In this document: positions 12,401 to 22,170 of the stretch, piece by piece
Layout: the number at the start of each line of letters is the position of its first letter
Position numbering within the stretch: position 1 is the stretch's first letter
Source: Amoebophrya sp. A120
Lineage: Eukaryota; Protista; Dinoflagellata
Assembly (NCBI GenBank): GCA_905178155.1
Contig: CAJINV010000003.1
Span: 1,545,557 to 1,609,556 of the forward strand
DNA length: 64,000 nt
Direction of reading: 5' to 3'
Made by a program: the position numbers and the translations under genes
The notes under the pieces: generated by a model
Told to the model about the DNA's origin: nothing
Database searches by the model: none
Seen by the model: only the letters and a program-made list of their open reading frames with translations

Positions 12401-13023
12401 TGACAGTGACAGATCTTGTTGCATTTCTCCAGACCCAAACATATTTGCAGTTGATACACGGTGGCGCTGGCCGCGATTGCCTACAAGCTGTTCTGCTCCG
12501 ACGTTTTACCGAAGATCAACTACAACACCGCCCTGGACTGGTACATTCTGCTGTCCTTCCTCTGGATCTTTCTCCTGAACAGCTACTTCGCGACGGCGAG
12601 CTCGCACTTCCTGTTCAACTTCGGCGGCGACAGCGCGGCATCGGAGGCGGAGGTGCGAGCGTTCACGAAGGAGGAGGAGCGGGTAGCCTGTGGGTCGCTC
12701 ACCTGCCTCGCCATCGGCATCTTCGCCGGGTGGCCGTTATTTCGGTACTTTGTCGTAAAACGCGACTTATCCAGTGCAAAAGTCTCGTTACTCGTACTCT
12801 ACTAATTGCGTTTATGCATTACAAATCTCTTTACTAAGGCAAATCCGCATTACAAATTGTAATGCTAAGTGAATTTGTAATGCAAGTTAGACTAGTGCGA
12901 TTGCGATACTTTTGCAATGCATATGACTGGGCAGTGGTGGATCCCAACGCCACGGAAGATCCGTACATCCTCTACCTATTCTGCGAAAACGTGTTTTTCT
13001 TGAAGAACATGCTGCGGATGTAG
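9454..13023 (+). CDS. Cys-less pentameric ligand-gated ion channel subunit; 1 probable GT-AG intron (~10506-10760) and 6 introner elements
   Basis: Reconstructed protein contains YDMRQFPFD, PEW, QRYHFYYTLN, M2 DRIAISATVAL, LPKINYNTALDWY and four hydrophobic helices; stop TAG at 13021-13023. Confidence 0.88.
10846..10961. mobile_element. Introner/MITE, 116 bp, direct repeat TCACG
   Basis: tcacg|tatcca...tggata|tcacg; removal gives EGAVT-EDEPF in frame. Confidence 0.88.
11088..11352. mobile_element. Introner/MITE family A, 265 bp, direct repeat GCCTG
   Basis: 31-bp TIR tat(g/c)aaatgcaaaaatgtctgggtctggaag with one mismatch; removal gives FDGHKLPAQLSN. Confidence 0.95.
11429..11737. mobile_element. 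Introner/MITE, 309 bp, direct repeat TTGAC, ~50-bp imperfect TIR
   Basis: ttgac|tatggatgtgtcagg...ctgacactcccata|ttgac; removal gives VDFD-RRCCHDPEW. Confidence 0.92.
11918..12128. mobile_element. Introner/MITE family B, 211 bp, direct repeat GGTGG
   Basis: TIR core tgttacagttacaca / tgtgtaactgtaaca; removal gives GFAVATDDVADR. Confidence 0.95.
12176..12456. mobile_element. Introner/MITE family A in reverse orientation, 281 bp, direct repeat CACGG
   Basis: gtctgggtctgga TIR core; interior resembles the reverse complement of 11088-11352; removal gives ISATVALAAIAY. Confidence 0.93.
12768..12923. mobile_element. Introner/MITE, 156 bp, direct repeat CGACT/TGACT
   Basis: tatccagtgcaaaagtctcg ... 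cgatacttttgcaatgcata; removal gives VKRDWAVV and extends the frame to 13023. Confidence 0.85.
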
Positions 13024-13875
13024 GAACGAGATCCGCAGGAGTTGTTGGATGAGTGACCAGGGATGTAGTTGTGGCCACACGAAGACCACAAGATGAAACT
13101 TGTAAGATGATCTTGTAGAACTACCGTCACCAGCGGTAACTCGAGATGACTGATAGGAGAAGTGCACCATCCATGAGCATGACCAACAGTGCCATGAGCA
13201 TGACCACATTTCGACACTTCTTGAATAAATTAATACCGTTCAAAATGATAGTACTCGTGTCTCGTGTGCCCAGATAGAAAATGTTCCTTCTGTTTTAGTA
13301 CGGAGTACGACTACGTCTCGCTGATTGTTGTTGATGAGTCCACAAGCTAGGCACAAGACTGCCCGTGATCAGAATGATCTTTTTGATCATCATATACCTG
13401 CTTCTTGGTAGTTGCATCAAACGGAATATCGAGAAAACGAGAACGGAGATCAGAATTTAGCTTGAGAGGAATGTGCCTTTTCTTCGTGTGCCCTGTCAGA
13501 AACGGTACATCATATTTAGGATCCTCAGACGAGAAGGAGCTCTGTATAGACAAGTGCCGATGTTCAGGATCTGCTTACCACGACGTACGGGAGTAGGAGC
13601 AGTGCGTCAAGTACAAAAGTGAGCATCTGGATCTCGCATGTTTTTTTACCGTCATGGAAATGCGACGGGCCATTCATGCTTGCATTGAACTTGAAGTACT
13701 AGTAACTTACAACCTTCAACAAACCAGGACTGTATAGGGAGAAGCATTCGACGTCTTAATAGCGTTTCAACAGACTGCTCTTTGAATAAGTACTGATTTT
13801 CTAGACGTAGACCTAAAGGCTCACTGTGCCTTCTTGTTTGATTGAGACCTGTGGTCATCTCCAACCTACCCCACA

Positions 13876-14442
13876 ATGGCTCTCACGCTGGACCGGTCGC
13901 GGTTGCAGGAGATCGAGCGTCTCGCGAACGAAGTGCTCATGGAGCAGGAGGAGCTTCGGGAGCGGATACGACGCGCCGATGGAATACGGCAAGGATTAAA
14001 CGCCTTGACGACGACGGCACACAGCAACGTTTCCAAACTGGACCGCAGCTCCAAGGTGCGGGAGGCAAACGTGTGGCTTTCCACGGGGCTGAGCGACGGC
14101 GACCACTTTGTACGCCTGTCCAAGAAGAGTGCGCGGGAGAAACTGGAGAAGGAGCGCGTGCGCACGCAGACGGAGGAAAAGGAGAAACGGGCAGCGGTGA
14201 AGAAAGCCCTGAAAGAGTTGCACAACAAACACCCGAGCAGCGCGGAAATCGCTCCGGGCGTCCTAGACTTGCTCATTCAACAGGAAGCGGAAGAGAAAAA
14301 GGCCGCGGCGGAAAAAAAGGACCACAGCAGCAGTGCGTCGAAGTCGGCGCAAGGTGTGGTGCGCCGCGACCGCTTGGATTACTCGCAGTGGAACGCCATA
14401 ACGACCTCTGACAGCGAAGATGATGACGATAGCGACATGTAG
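13876..14442 (+). CDS. PDRG1-like prefoldin-beta protein with a C-terminal DYSxW-acidic motif
   Basis: Coiled coil, beta-hairpin (VWLSTG...FVRLS), coiled coil; EIERLANEVL...RQGLNAL resembles PDRG1. Confidence 0.65.
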   Translation: MALTLDRSRLQEIERLANEVLMEQEELRERIRRADGIRQGLNALTTTAHSNVSKLDRSSKVREANVWLSTGLSDGDHFVRLSKKSAREKLEKERVRTQTEEKEKRAAVKKALKELHNKHPSSAEIAPGVLDLLIQQEAEEKKAAAEKKDHSSSASKSAQGVVRRDRLDYSQWNAITTSDSEDDDDSDM

Positions 14443-15220
14443 TGGATACCAGTAGAGCAAACATATGAATTTCAACGTGAAGCAGGTGAACAAACTACGC
14501 GACACAAGTGCTCCAACTACTCATTCCTTCAAGAACCTTGATTTTGAACCATTGGCGTGTATTACTACAAAGCGAAAGCAGGCATAATCTACCTTTCGTC
14601 TGACACAGGCAAAAAGCTGTTTTTTTTGCTTCGACTTGTTGCCAGTGGTGGTACCGGCGAGTGTCCCAACGAAAAAATGAGCCAGCAGTGTGCGGTCGTA
14701 TGAGAACGAGCTGAGACTGGGTCTGCTCGGAGCTGTGCCGGATCTAAATTTCGGTCGTGAGCTCAAGAAGAAAGACGGGAGATCAACAGATAATCGCAGA
14801 TCAGAAAATTCTTGTCAACAAACCAAGTACGAAATAAAGCCAGAGAAGAAATACAAAAACCGTCACGAAGATCACGCGCTCTAAATGGAGAAAACGGTGA
14901 AGTCAAATCGCTCCTGGTCTCGTATTAACTCACAAAGTATCCTCTTCCACTTTAGTTTATTGATGTTTTTCATCGTCTCTATCTCTCCCAGTTCGTACGT
15001 GAGAAAGTAATAACTCTGTACGTAAGTAATAAGGTTGGGCTGTTTATATTCAATTGTCCTTGCGTATTTCTTTCTTTTTGCTCTGCACTTGTTGTTTCAG
15101 TTTCGCCAAAAGACATCAAAATCTGCTTTGCTGAATTGTCCTATTGGGTAAGTTTCGTGGCAGTTCCCAAATCATGACTAGATTTGAGCTGCTGCTCGGT
15201 CTGTTCTCCACTTGGCGATC

Positions 15221-18200
15221 ATGACGAAAGTTGAATTAGAAGGTCACTTCCACCGGGTGGAGGTGCCGAATGCTGTGGGGAAAAATGCTTCTGCTCCTGC
15301 AGAGTTCGCAACAAGGAGCAGCAGCAGCTCTGCGGCCGCTGCTGATTTTCCTCCCGTCAGTATTCGGGATTTGGTTATCTTGGAAGCGGGTACTATCGGG
15401 GAACAAAGGCAGCAGCTGAAGGCCGATGGAAGACCGCGCCCCGAGTCGCAAGCGATAATACACTGCCAGCTTTACGGTCGTATCGTAGAAATTGCTGCGT
15501 CAAAGAAACATGTGTCCTTTGTGTTTGAAGATCTGTGCGGCGACACTATTGCGGTGAATATCAGCAGTCCACCAGCGGGAGCCCGGAAAACGGAAGACGG
15601 TCCTGCGGGTAGTGCTAGCGCCGGACCGCATGCGCGCGAAGAACAAGGTTATTTTGAGAGTACTAAGACGAAAAACAAGAAGGAAAGGCAGTATAATTCC
15701 GCAAGTGCGAAGTTCCTTGCCGCTGGCCGCGGCTTGCGGATCCTGAAGCCTAAGATCGTGGACCTGCGCGACGTGACCTGCACCGCACGGCAAGCTCTGC
15801 AGACGCTTTCAGCACGAGACACAAGTTATTTCTGTGCCAAAACTACAAGTAACGGCTCGTCGCTGACCCCTACTTCGTCCTCTAGCAGAGCGACCACGAC
15901 TTCTTGTGTAGTAGGCTGCGTCGATTTTACTCCTGTACTTGAAGTCGACGACCCTGATGGAACGGTTTTTGCTTGGAATTTCCCAGACACGCATGAGGAG
16001 TGGCTTCAATTGGCATTACACTTTTCGAAGACTGGCGATGTAGAAGCAGAAAAATTTTTGGACGACGGTGAGGACCACGCCCAAGAAATAAACACCCGAC
16101 AGGACCACAACTCCAGAAGGGCAATATGCTTTTCGCAAACACAAAACCTCCGACATCTCCAACTTGCCCTCACCTGCTACCACCGGGCACTGGAGTCGGT
16201 AAAACTCCGTCGCGAGTATGCCAACCTGCTTACGAACTACGGTTTGTGTCGCTACAAGCTAAACCATTATCCGGACGCGATCCGCGCGTGCTTGCAGGCT
16301 GCCTTCCTGAACAGCGGAGACTACCGGCCCTGGCGCATTCTGGCGGACGCTTTGCGTGCGCTAAACGCCCCCGTCCCCGACGCGATTGTGTATGCGATTG
16401 GCGACGAGCTTGTCAGAACCGTTGTTGCCGTCCGAAAGCAACATGAGAGCCTCGGTGGAACCGTGTTGAACTCGGCGCTGAGTAATTCATTTCTTCGACG
16501 GGATGAAATAACTGATAGCACGGACGAGGTCTGTAGTACAGGTCGGCAATGTAGTGACACGGATCATGTGAGAGTGAGGAAGCAGTTGTTCAAGATGCAG
16601 GACGAAACAGCGAGAAAAAAGTGGGACGGTAACACCAACACATTGGAGTTTTACAAAACTTTCGCACACGACGTTACAGAAGAGGGCAGAAAAGCGATTG
16701 GAGCTCTCGGATATGCGGCAGTTGTTCTTCTGTCGGGCGTTATGTGCTTCAAACCTGACGAGCACGACAGTTCTACAGCGGGAGCAAAGATGAAAGATGG
16801 CCCCAAGAACTACGACCGCTTCTTGGGTCCACCTGCGAGCACGAGCGAGGAAGTAGATGAGCATCTTCACACCAAGACAGTTGAGAAGGGCCGCTCCCAC
16901 TTCCGCCGCCAGGAATTCGCCGAAGCTATGCCATTGTTCCAGCGGGCGCTTTTTGGGACGCAGTACTACGAACAAACTAGACGACAGTGTGCAGAAGCCC
17001 TTTCCGCCGAGAGCTGCCTCCTGCAGCAGCTTGTGCAACAAAAACGGGCGAAAAATAGTAAAAGCAGCAGGAGCCTTGTGCAGACGTCTGCTCGCAACTT
17101 AACACCAGAAGACGAGCAAAAAAGTTCGCAATTGCGGGAACTTGAGAGCCGGGACGAGTCCTGGGAACAAGACTGCGGTGTGCTGGATGGCACGGCTGTG
17201 CGTCTCGCGCGTCTCGGAGTCTTGGAAAGTTGCGTGGCCACGTTGCTCGATCCAAATTGCGGGAGAGGTGCAGCTTTCCTCCTGCAGCACGCGTGTTTCA
17301 AGGCGCTGTGGCAGCGCGAGAGTAGAGATCTGCAACTATTACCAGAAGCTGAAGAAAGGCCTTGCCGTGAAAGAGAAGCGCCATCGGCGTCGTGGGAGAG
17401 GTTGTTTGCGAAAATGTTCAAGAAAGACGTCGAAGGTGATCTGCCTGGGCAGAAAATAGCGCTCCGCGCCGGACACGAGAACAATGGTGCAATGGAAATA
17501 GCAAGCACGAAGCACGAGGCGTCGAGCCCGTGCGGCCAGCTTGTCAACTACTTTGTTAGGCAGTTCGGGAGCGAACGAAATGGCCAGGCGGAGTCGGAAA
17601 GCAGCACTGCTTCAAAAGTGGATTTTCACGACGAGCAGGGCTCCTCCGAGGCCGTTCTTACGCAAGAAACCAGGGAAAATGTGCTAGCACATCTGGATTC
17701 CTTGCGCCCTGCAGGATCTTCTACTTCGGAAAAGCACGAGGGACGAGTGCAGTTGTGTGGTGCGCCGTTCGATCTAACAACTCTAAAAACTCTCTGCAAC
17801 ATCGCCACCCCTGCATCAACGCAACTAGCAGAAAGCGACGGTGGCACCAGCAGGCAACAGCTTGCATTGAAGGTGGGAGAGGACGGGCGCCGTCCTGATG
17901 CTGCTGAAGATGATGTTGTTGAAGATTCTTTGAAACTTGAACTAGAGAAGAAAGCCTCGTCGTTCGCTGTTGATGTGCAGGGGGCACAAGTAGAGCAGCA
18001 GGCCGAGGAAGTAGCCACTCCGTCCACGATATCGGTCGGGACGCCTAGTACAGCAGATGAGACAAAAACGGATGTCCAAGAAGAAGACCAGCCAAGTGCC
18101 CGACTCCCGACGCCCCAGCGGCCAGGTCGGCGGGCCGAAAAGAGGCAGAGGCTCCTGGAGAAACAAGAACGGGAAAAGGTAGCAGCAGCAAGGAAGCAGC

Positions 18201-21013
18201 TGTATGAGAGTAGTGTGAACATTCTGAAGGTGGATAAACGACATCTGGAAGTAATAACGCAGTGGGCTACAAAGGCGAACGAGGCCTTTTTCTTATCTAC
18301 CGCTGCGTTTGACGCTCATCGCGAGAGCTCACAGGAGGAGCGAGTAGCTCGGCTGAAAAAGAATGGCAAAGGCCTGGAACCTGCTCTGTACAAAAAGATG
18401 GCGCGTTTGGTTGACTTTCTCCCAACGTGGGGCGAATGCCTGGCCCACCGGGACTGCGTGCTGCGGTTTTCGCGTGACCGCTTCCTCGATAAAAAAACAC
18501 CAAGTGCCTCATCATCCACAACGTCAACACAGCCCGGTGCGGCAGGATCAGGATCACCAAAAACGAACTGGTTTGCGGGAATCGAAGACGATTTTGCGGA
18601 ATCAGTATTGCATGCAAGCAGACTCTTAGCCGAAACAAACCCCATTCTGGAGGCGATACAGCTGGCGGTGTCCGCTCACCCGAACAGAGAATACGAAAAG
18701 TCCCTGCCCATGTATAGTTTCGACCGAACCGGTCGCTGGGCGGGCGCGGATGCGCAAACCGAGGAATTTCTTCGGAATGTTGACTTGAAAAACAAGCTGG
18801 GTCCTTATTTCGTGGACGACAAGATAGTAAACAAAGATGGAGATAAAACGATGACGCCTGCTGCTGGAGCTGACCCTGTAGTTGACGCTCAACCTAAAAA
18901 GCAAGCGAGAATGTTTCGTACCGGGGCGCATGTGCTAGACCACCTGCGCAAGGAAGAGAATCTGGGCGCATTCAAGGTAGCCTTGACACCTGACGCAACA
19001 AGCAAAGTTACCATTCTTCCTGGGGAGTTCCGCGCGCAACCTTGGGATACTCGTGGGGTTCCGCCCGTGGTGCGTGTCACGCTAGGGAAATCGATCCATA
19101 TGCAAGTCGGAATGCTTGACCTTCGCGAATTATTGAACTTGGAGATAGTTGAGGACCACAACAAGAAGAACAGCGAGCAGATGATAAAAAACGCGAGCGA
19201 AGGTGGCAAGAAAGATAAGGAAGAGCAGCTCAAGCCCGGAGCGTCGCAAGTCGCAATCATCGGCCTCAGTAAGAGCCACAGATCCTACGCGAAGTGTTGC
19301 GTGCTTGTGCACATGTTGCGCGACCCAGCCGTGCCGGTACTTGCCATTCTCGAGGTTTGGTATTCCTCGGTGTGGGCGCCCGCCACGCTGACAGCTTTTC
19401 GAAACGCCTGCAAGCAGCTCGTGGAAGACCCGGGCACGTTCGGGATGACGGCCTCCTGTAAGGCAGCTCTGAGTGACTTCCTGCCATTTTGGCTCAACCA
19501 GGAACCGCTCCCGCTCGCGGAAGCGTACCGGAGTTGGATGCGAAACCACGGGGAACTGCCGGACGAAAGACCGGCGGACGACGGTCATGGCCAGCCTTTG
19601 AAATGGACGTGCTTCCAGGCGTGTTGCAACCTGCGGGAGCCGCACGACAGCGAGGCCCTAGTGGATTACTGCTTCACCGGAAACCTAATACTGCAGCCGC
19701 CTCCGTGTTCTAGTACTTCGTCCCAGATATTAAACGAGGGTGACAGCACCAGCACACTCCCAGAGTACCAGCCCGATGAAGAAATCAAAAGTTTGCATCG
19801 CGGTGGGAACAACAACAACAAAAAGTCCAAAAAGCGGGGCGGATGCAAAGAAAAGGAAAGAGAAATGGAGGACAAAGTGGAGGCGTTCTTGAACGAGCGC
19901 GGGGACGAAAAGAACAATCCCCGGTTCAACAACAAGTCTTTTGTGGGCAACGTCACCATCTGGAACACTCCGGAGGCCGACATTCAGCTGCTGCAGAATA
20001 GGCTCCACGCGTTGGCAGCGATGTCGATGGCGGAGTATCTGGAAGAAAGGAAGGTCCGATACAGTCTGGCTGAGCAGAAGGAAATTTTCGGGTTCCAGTT
20101 CGAACCAAAGACCATCGTCGACTTGTTCATCAGTCGCACGGCGAGAAAGCTTTGGAATTTTCGCAAGCTTTTGCGTGCGGACAAGATCCTCTTTAGTTTC
20201 ATGCAAATGCCTCCGCTGTCCCAGCCGAAGAGCCAACGGAATTTCTACGAAGCGATCGGGGAAGTGAAGCCCACCAGCATTTCGTGGAACGACGAAATTG
20301 ACCGCTTTACCTGTGAAGATTTCCACGAGATCGCCAGACGTTGCTGCGCCGCAGACAAGCTGCCGCCGGGACATTCTTCCGTGACGAAGCACTACGGCTA
20401 CTCGTTTCGCTGGGTGTACGAGACGCTGGGAACGCAGCTTACAGATTTTGGTCATCCCGACGGGGGCGCAGAGAACGATGAGGGAAGTTGGCGGGTGCAA
20501 GCCATTCTCGACGAGCTCCTGGGGCGCGAGGGGACGGAAACACGTCAAAAAATGGAACAGGGCTACAGCCAGGAACTCGAAGAATGGGTTTCCTTGCCCG
20601 TCCGCGCACCACTCTTGCCGCTGAGCGGGCATTTTTTGCAAAGTTTCGCTTGCCACACGTGGGTCAAGCATTTTGGCGACAAGGCGGAAGCGGGTACGGC
20701 CGAGGAGGGTGAAAAAGCCGTGGTGAAAGGAGAAGGTCATGATGAAGCGAAAAGCGCGGGAGATGAAACCCGACAAGAGATTCAGTGCGACCCGAACGTG
20801 ACTCCAGGATCTTCCGCAGAAGCAGTTTCAGCTCCTGCAGCGTCTGTACAGCAGGTGGAACGGAAACCACACAGATTGTTCAGGTGCGACGCTAAAACGG
20901 ATGGTATGCGACTTTTCTCGTTTCTTGAAGAACGTAACACTCAGCAGCTGCCGCTGGAATGGACCTATGCGAAGTTGGATTCACATGCGGTCGAAAGCGC
21001 TCAGAGTCTGTAG
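15221..21013 (+). CDS. Large TPR-containing hypothetical protein (~1930 aa)
   Basis: TPR-like segments (ALTCYHRAL, LLTNYGLCRYKLNHYPDAIRACLQA, GRSHFRRQEFAEAMPLFQRAL); intronless ORF. Confidence 0.8.
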   Translation: MTKVELEGHFHRVEVPNAVGKNASAPAEFATRSSSSSAAAADFPPVSIRDLVILEAGTIGEQRQQLKADGRPRPESQAIIHCQLYGRIVEIAASKKHVSFVFEDLCGDTIAVNISSPPAGARKTEDGPAGSASAGPHAREEQGYFESTKTKNKKERQYNSASAKFLAAGRGLRILKPKIVDLRDVTCTARQALQTLSARDTSYFCAKTTSNGSSLTPTSSSSRATTTSCVVGCVDFTPVLEVDDPDGTVFAWNFPDTHEEWLQLALHFSKTGDVEAEKFLDDGEDHAQEINTRQDHNSRRAICFSQTQNLRHLQLALTCYHRALESVKLRREYANLLTNYGLCRYKLNHYPDAIRACLQAAFLNSGDYRPWRILADALRALNAPVPDAIVYAIGDELVRTVVAVRKQHESLGGTVLNSALSNSFLRRDEITDSTDEVCSTGRQCSDTDHVRVRKQLFKMQDETARKKWDGNTNTLEFYKTFAHDVTEEGRKAIGALGYAAVVLLSGVMCFKPDEHDSSTAGAKMKDGPKNYDRFLGPPASTSEEVDEHLHTKTVEKGRSHFRRQEFAEAMPLFQRALFGTQYYEQTRRQCAEALSAESCLLQQLVQQKRAKNSKSSRSLVQTSARNLTPEDEQKSSQLRELESRDESWEQDCGVLDGTAVRLARLGVLESCVATLLDPNCGRGAAFLLQHACFKALWQRESRDLQLLPEAEERPCREREAPSASWERLFAKMFKKDVEGDLPGQKIALRAGHENNGAMEIASTKHEASSPCGQLVNYFVRQFGSERNGQAESESSTASKVDFHDEQGSSEAVLTQETRENVLAHLDSLRPAGSSTSEKHEGRVQLCGAPFDLTTLKTLCNIATPASTQLAESDGGTSRQQLALKVGEDGRRPDAAEDDVVEDSLKLELEKKASSFAVDVQGAQVEQQAEEVATPSTISVGTPSTADETKTDVQEEDQPSARLPTPQRPGRRAEKRQRLLEKQEREKVAAARKQLYESSVNILKVDKRHLEVITQWATKANEAFFLSTAAFDAHRESSQEERVARLKKNGKGLEPALYKKMARLVDFLPTWGECLAHRDCVLRFSRDRFLDKKTPSASSSTTSTQPGAAGSGSPKTNWFAGIEDDFAESVLHASRLLAETNPILEAIQLAVSAHPNREYEKSLPMYSFDRTGRWAGADAQTEEFLRNVDLKNKLGPYFVDDKIVNKDGDKTMTPAAGADPVVDAQPKKQARMFRTGAHVLDHLRKEENLGAFKVALTPDATSKVTILPGEFRAQPWDTRGVPPVVRVTLGKSIHMQVGMLDLRELLNLEIVEDHNKKNSEQMIKNASEGGKKDKEEQLKPGASQVAIIGLSKSHRSYAKCCVLVHMLRDPAVPVLAILEVWYSSVWAPATLTAFRNACKQLVEDPGTFGMTASCKAALSDFLPFWLNQEPLPLAEAYRSWMRNHGELPDERPADDGHGQPLKWTCFQACCNLREPHDSEALVDYCFTGNLILQPPPCSSTSSQILNEGDSTSTLPEYQPDEEIKSLHRGGNNNNKKSKKRGGCKEKEREMEDKVEAFLNERGDEKNNPRFNNKSFVGNVTIWNTPEADIQLLQNRLHALAAMSMAEYLEERKVRYSLAEQKEIFGFQFEPKTIVDLFISRTARKLWNFRKLLRADKILFSFMQMPPLSQPKSQRNFYEAIGEVKPTSISWNDEIDRFTCEDFHEIARRCCAADKLPPGHSSVTKHYGYSFRWVYETLGTQLTDFGHPDGGAENDEGSWRVQAILDELLGREGTETRQKMEQGYSQELEEWVSLPVRAPLLPLSGHFLQSFACHTWVKHFGDKAEAGTAEEGEKAVVKGEGHDEAKSAGDETRQEIQCDPNVTPGSSAEAVSAPAASVQQVERKPHRLFRCDAKTDGMRLFSFLEERNTQQLPLEWTYAKLDSHAVESAQSL

Positions 21014-22170
21014 CGTTGTCAGCAAACGGACCAAAAACAAAATTCTTCGAAACGAAAAGCAAGAACCCAAGCGAAAATTTAACTGCTCGTGCTGTCTGGC
21101 TAGTGTAATGCTACTGCCTTCGGATCGTCTAATCTCTGCCTGGAAGACATCTCGTGTGAAAGCACATGACGATTCTTAGTGTACATCCATTTCTGGGGTC
21201 ACTGGTGAATCTCGCTTTGAATAAAGTAAAAGTATGTTGTTGAGACGTGGCAACCGTTTCTGACGGCTGATAAAAATTATCGGTGGTGCGAGGACTGCGA
21301 GCCAAACGCGTAATATGGGAAGACGGTCGGTTTCTGTGAACTTAGTTCCATCTTTAGGTTTCGTTTGCCCATGACTGTAGCACGAAATAACTCTAAATCC
21401 TTTCACTATCGCAAATAAAGCCTGTTCCTCGACAAAAATAAGTCGAAAAGTCCACATCCTTCGGTGCAAACGCACTTCCTTGGGCAAAATATTCACCAAG
21501 GTAAATTCTGACCAGATAAATGAAACAGGCAAGGATCATGATCATCAAGAAGTAGGTCTAGCTCAGCAGGATCCAAAATCGCGTAATTTTATCGAGAGCA
21601 GACAGAAAAATTATGGAAACTACGCCACAGTCGGTCATCAATCGAGGAAGGAAATGGTTGATAAGTATTCTGGTTTTGCACGACTGAACTACGAGCCCAA
21701 ATGCAACTGTATGCAAGACACATCGATTTCGATCCCCATCAGCATTTCTGCGTGTGATGTTTCTCATGGCGCCGTCCTCTATCCGGTTCAACCAGGTAAA
21801 CAGCAGAAACAGGATCCAATTCAGTCATCAAGCCCCACCTTAACGATCCCTCATTCTCTTACTTACAACTTTTTGGGAAGTTGTGTCAAAGGAGAAGATT
21901 GCAACAACTATACCATAGGGAAGTGCATCTGCATATGCATATAAGAATTCATGCGTGATAAAAAGTACAAGTAGAGGAACCTCGACGTTTATTTGCATCG
22001 TACAGGAAATTCCAATTCTACTTGCTTGGTGTGCAACAACGGATTAAATCATACATACACATACTATCCATTCAATTCATCTACATACAGACTTAAGTTG
22101 TACTTCATCAGCAGGGTTGGAAGCTTTACAGCTAGGTTTCCGATTTTTTATTCAATCCGAAACGACAAAA

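Noticed and set aside
19730-20776. Long minus-strand ORFs (also 43537-44727, 40402-41190, 52907-53662)
   Set aside because: Antisense shadows of GC-rich + strand genes
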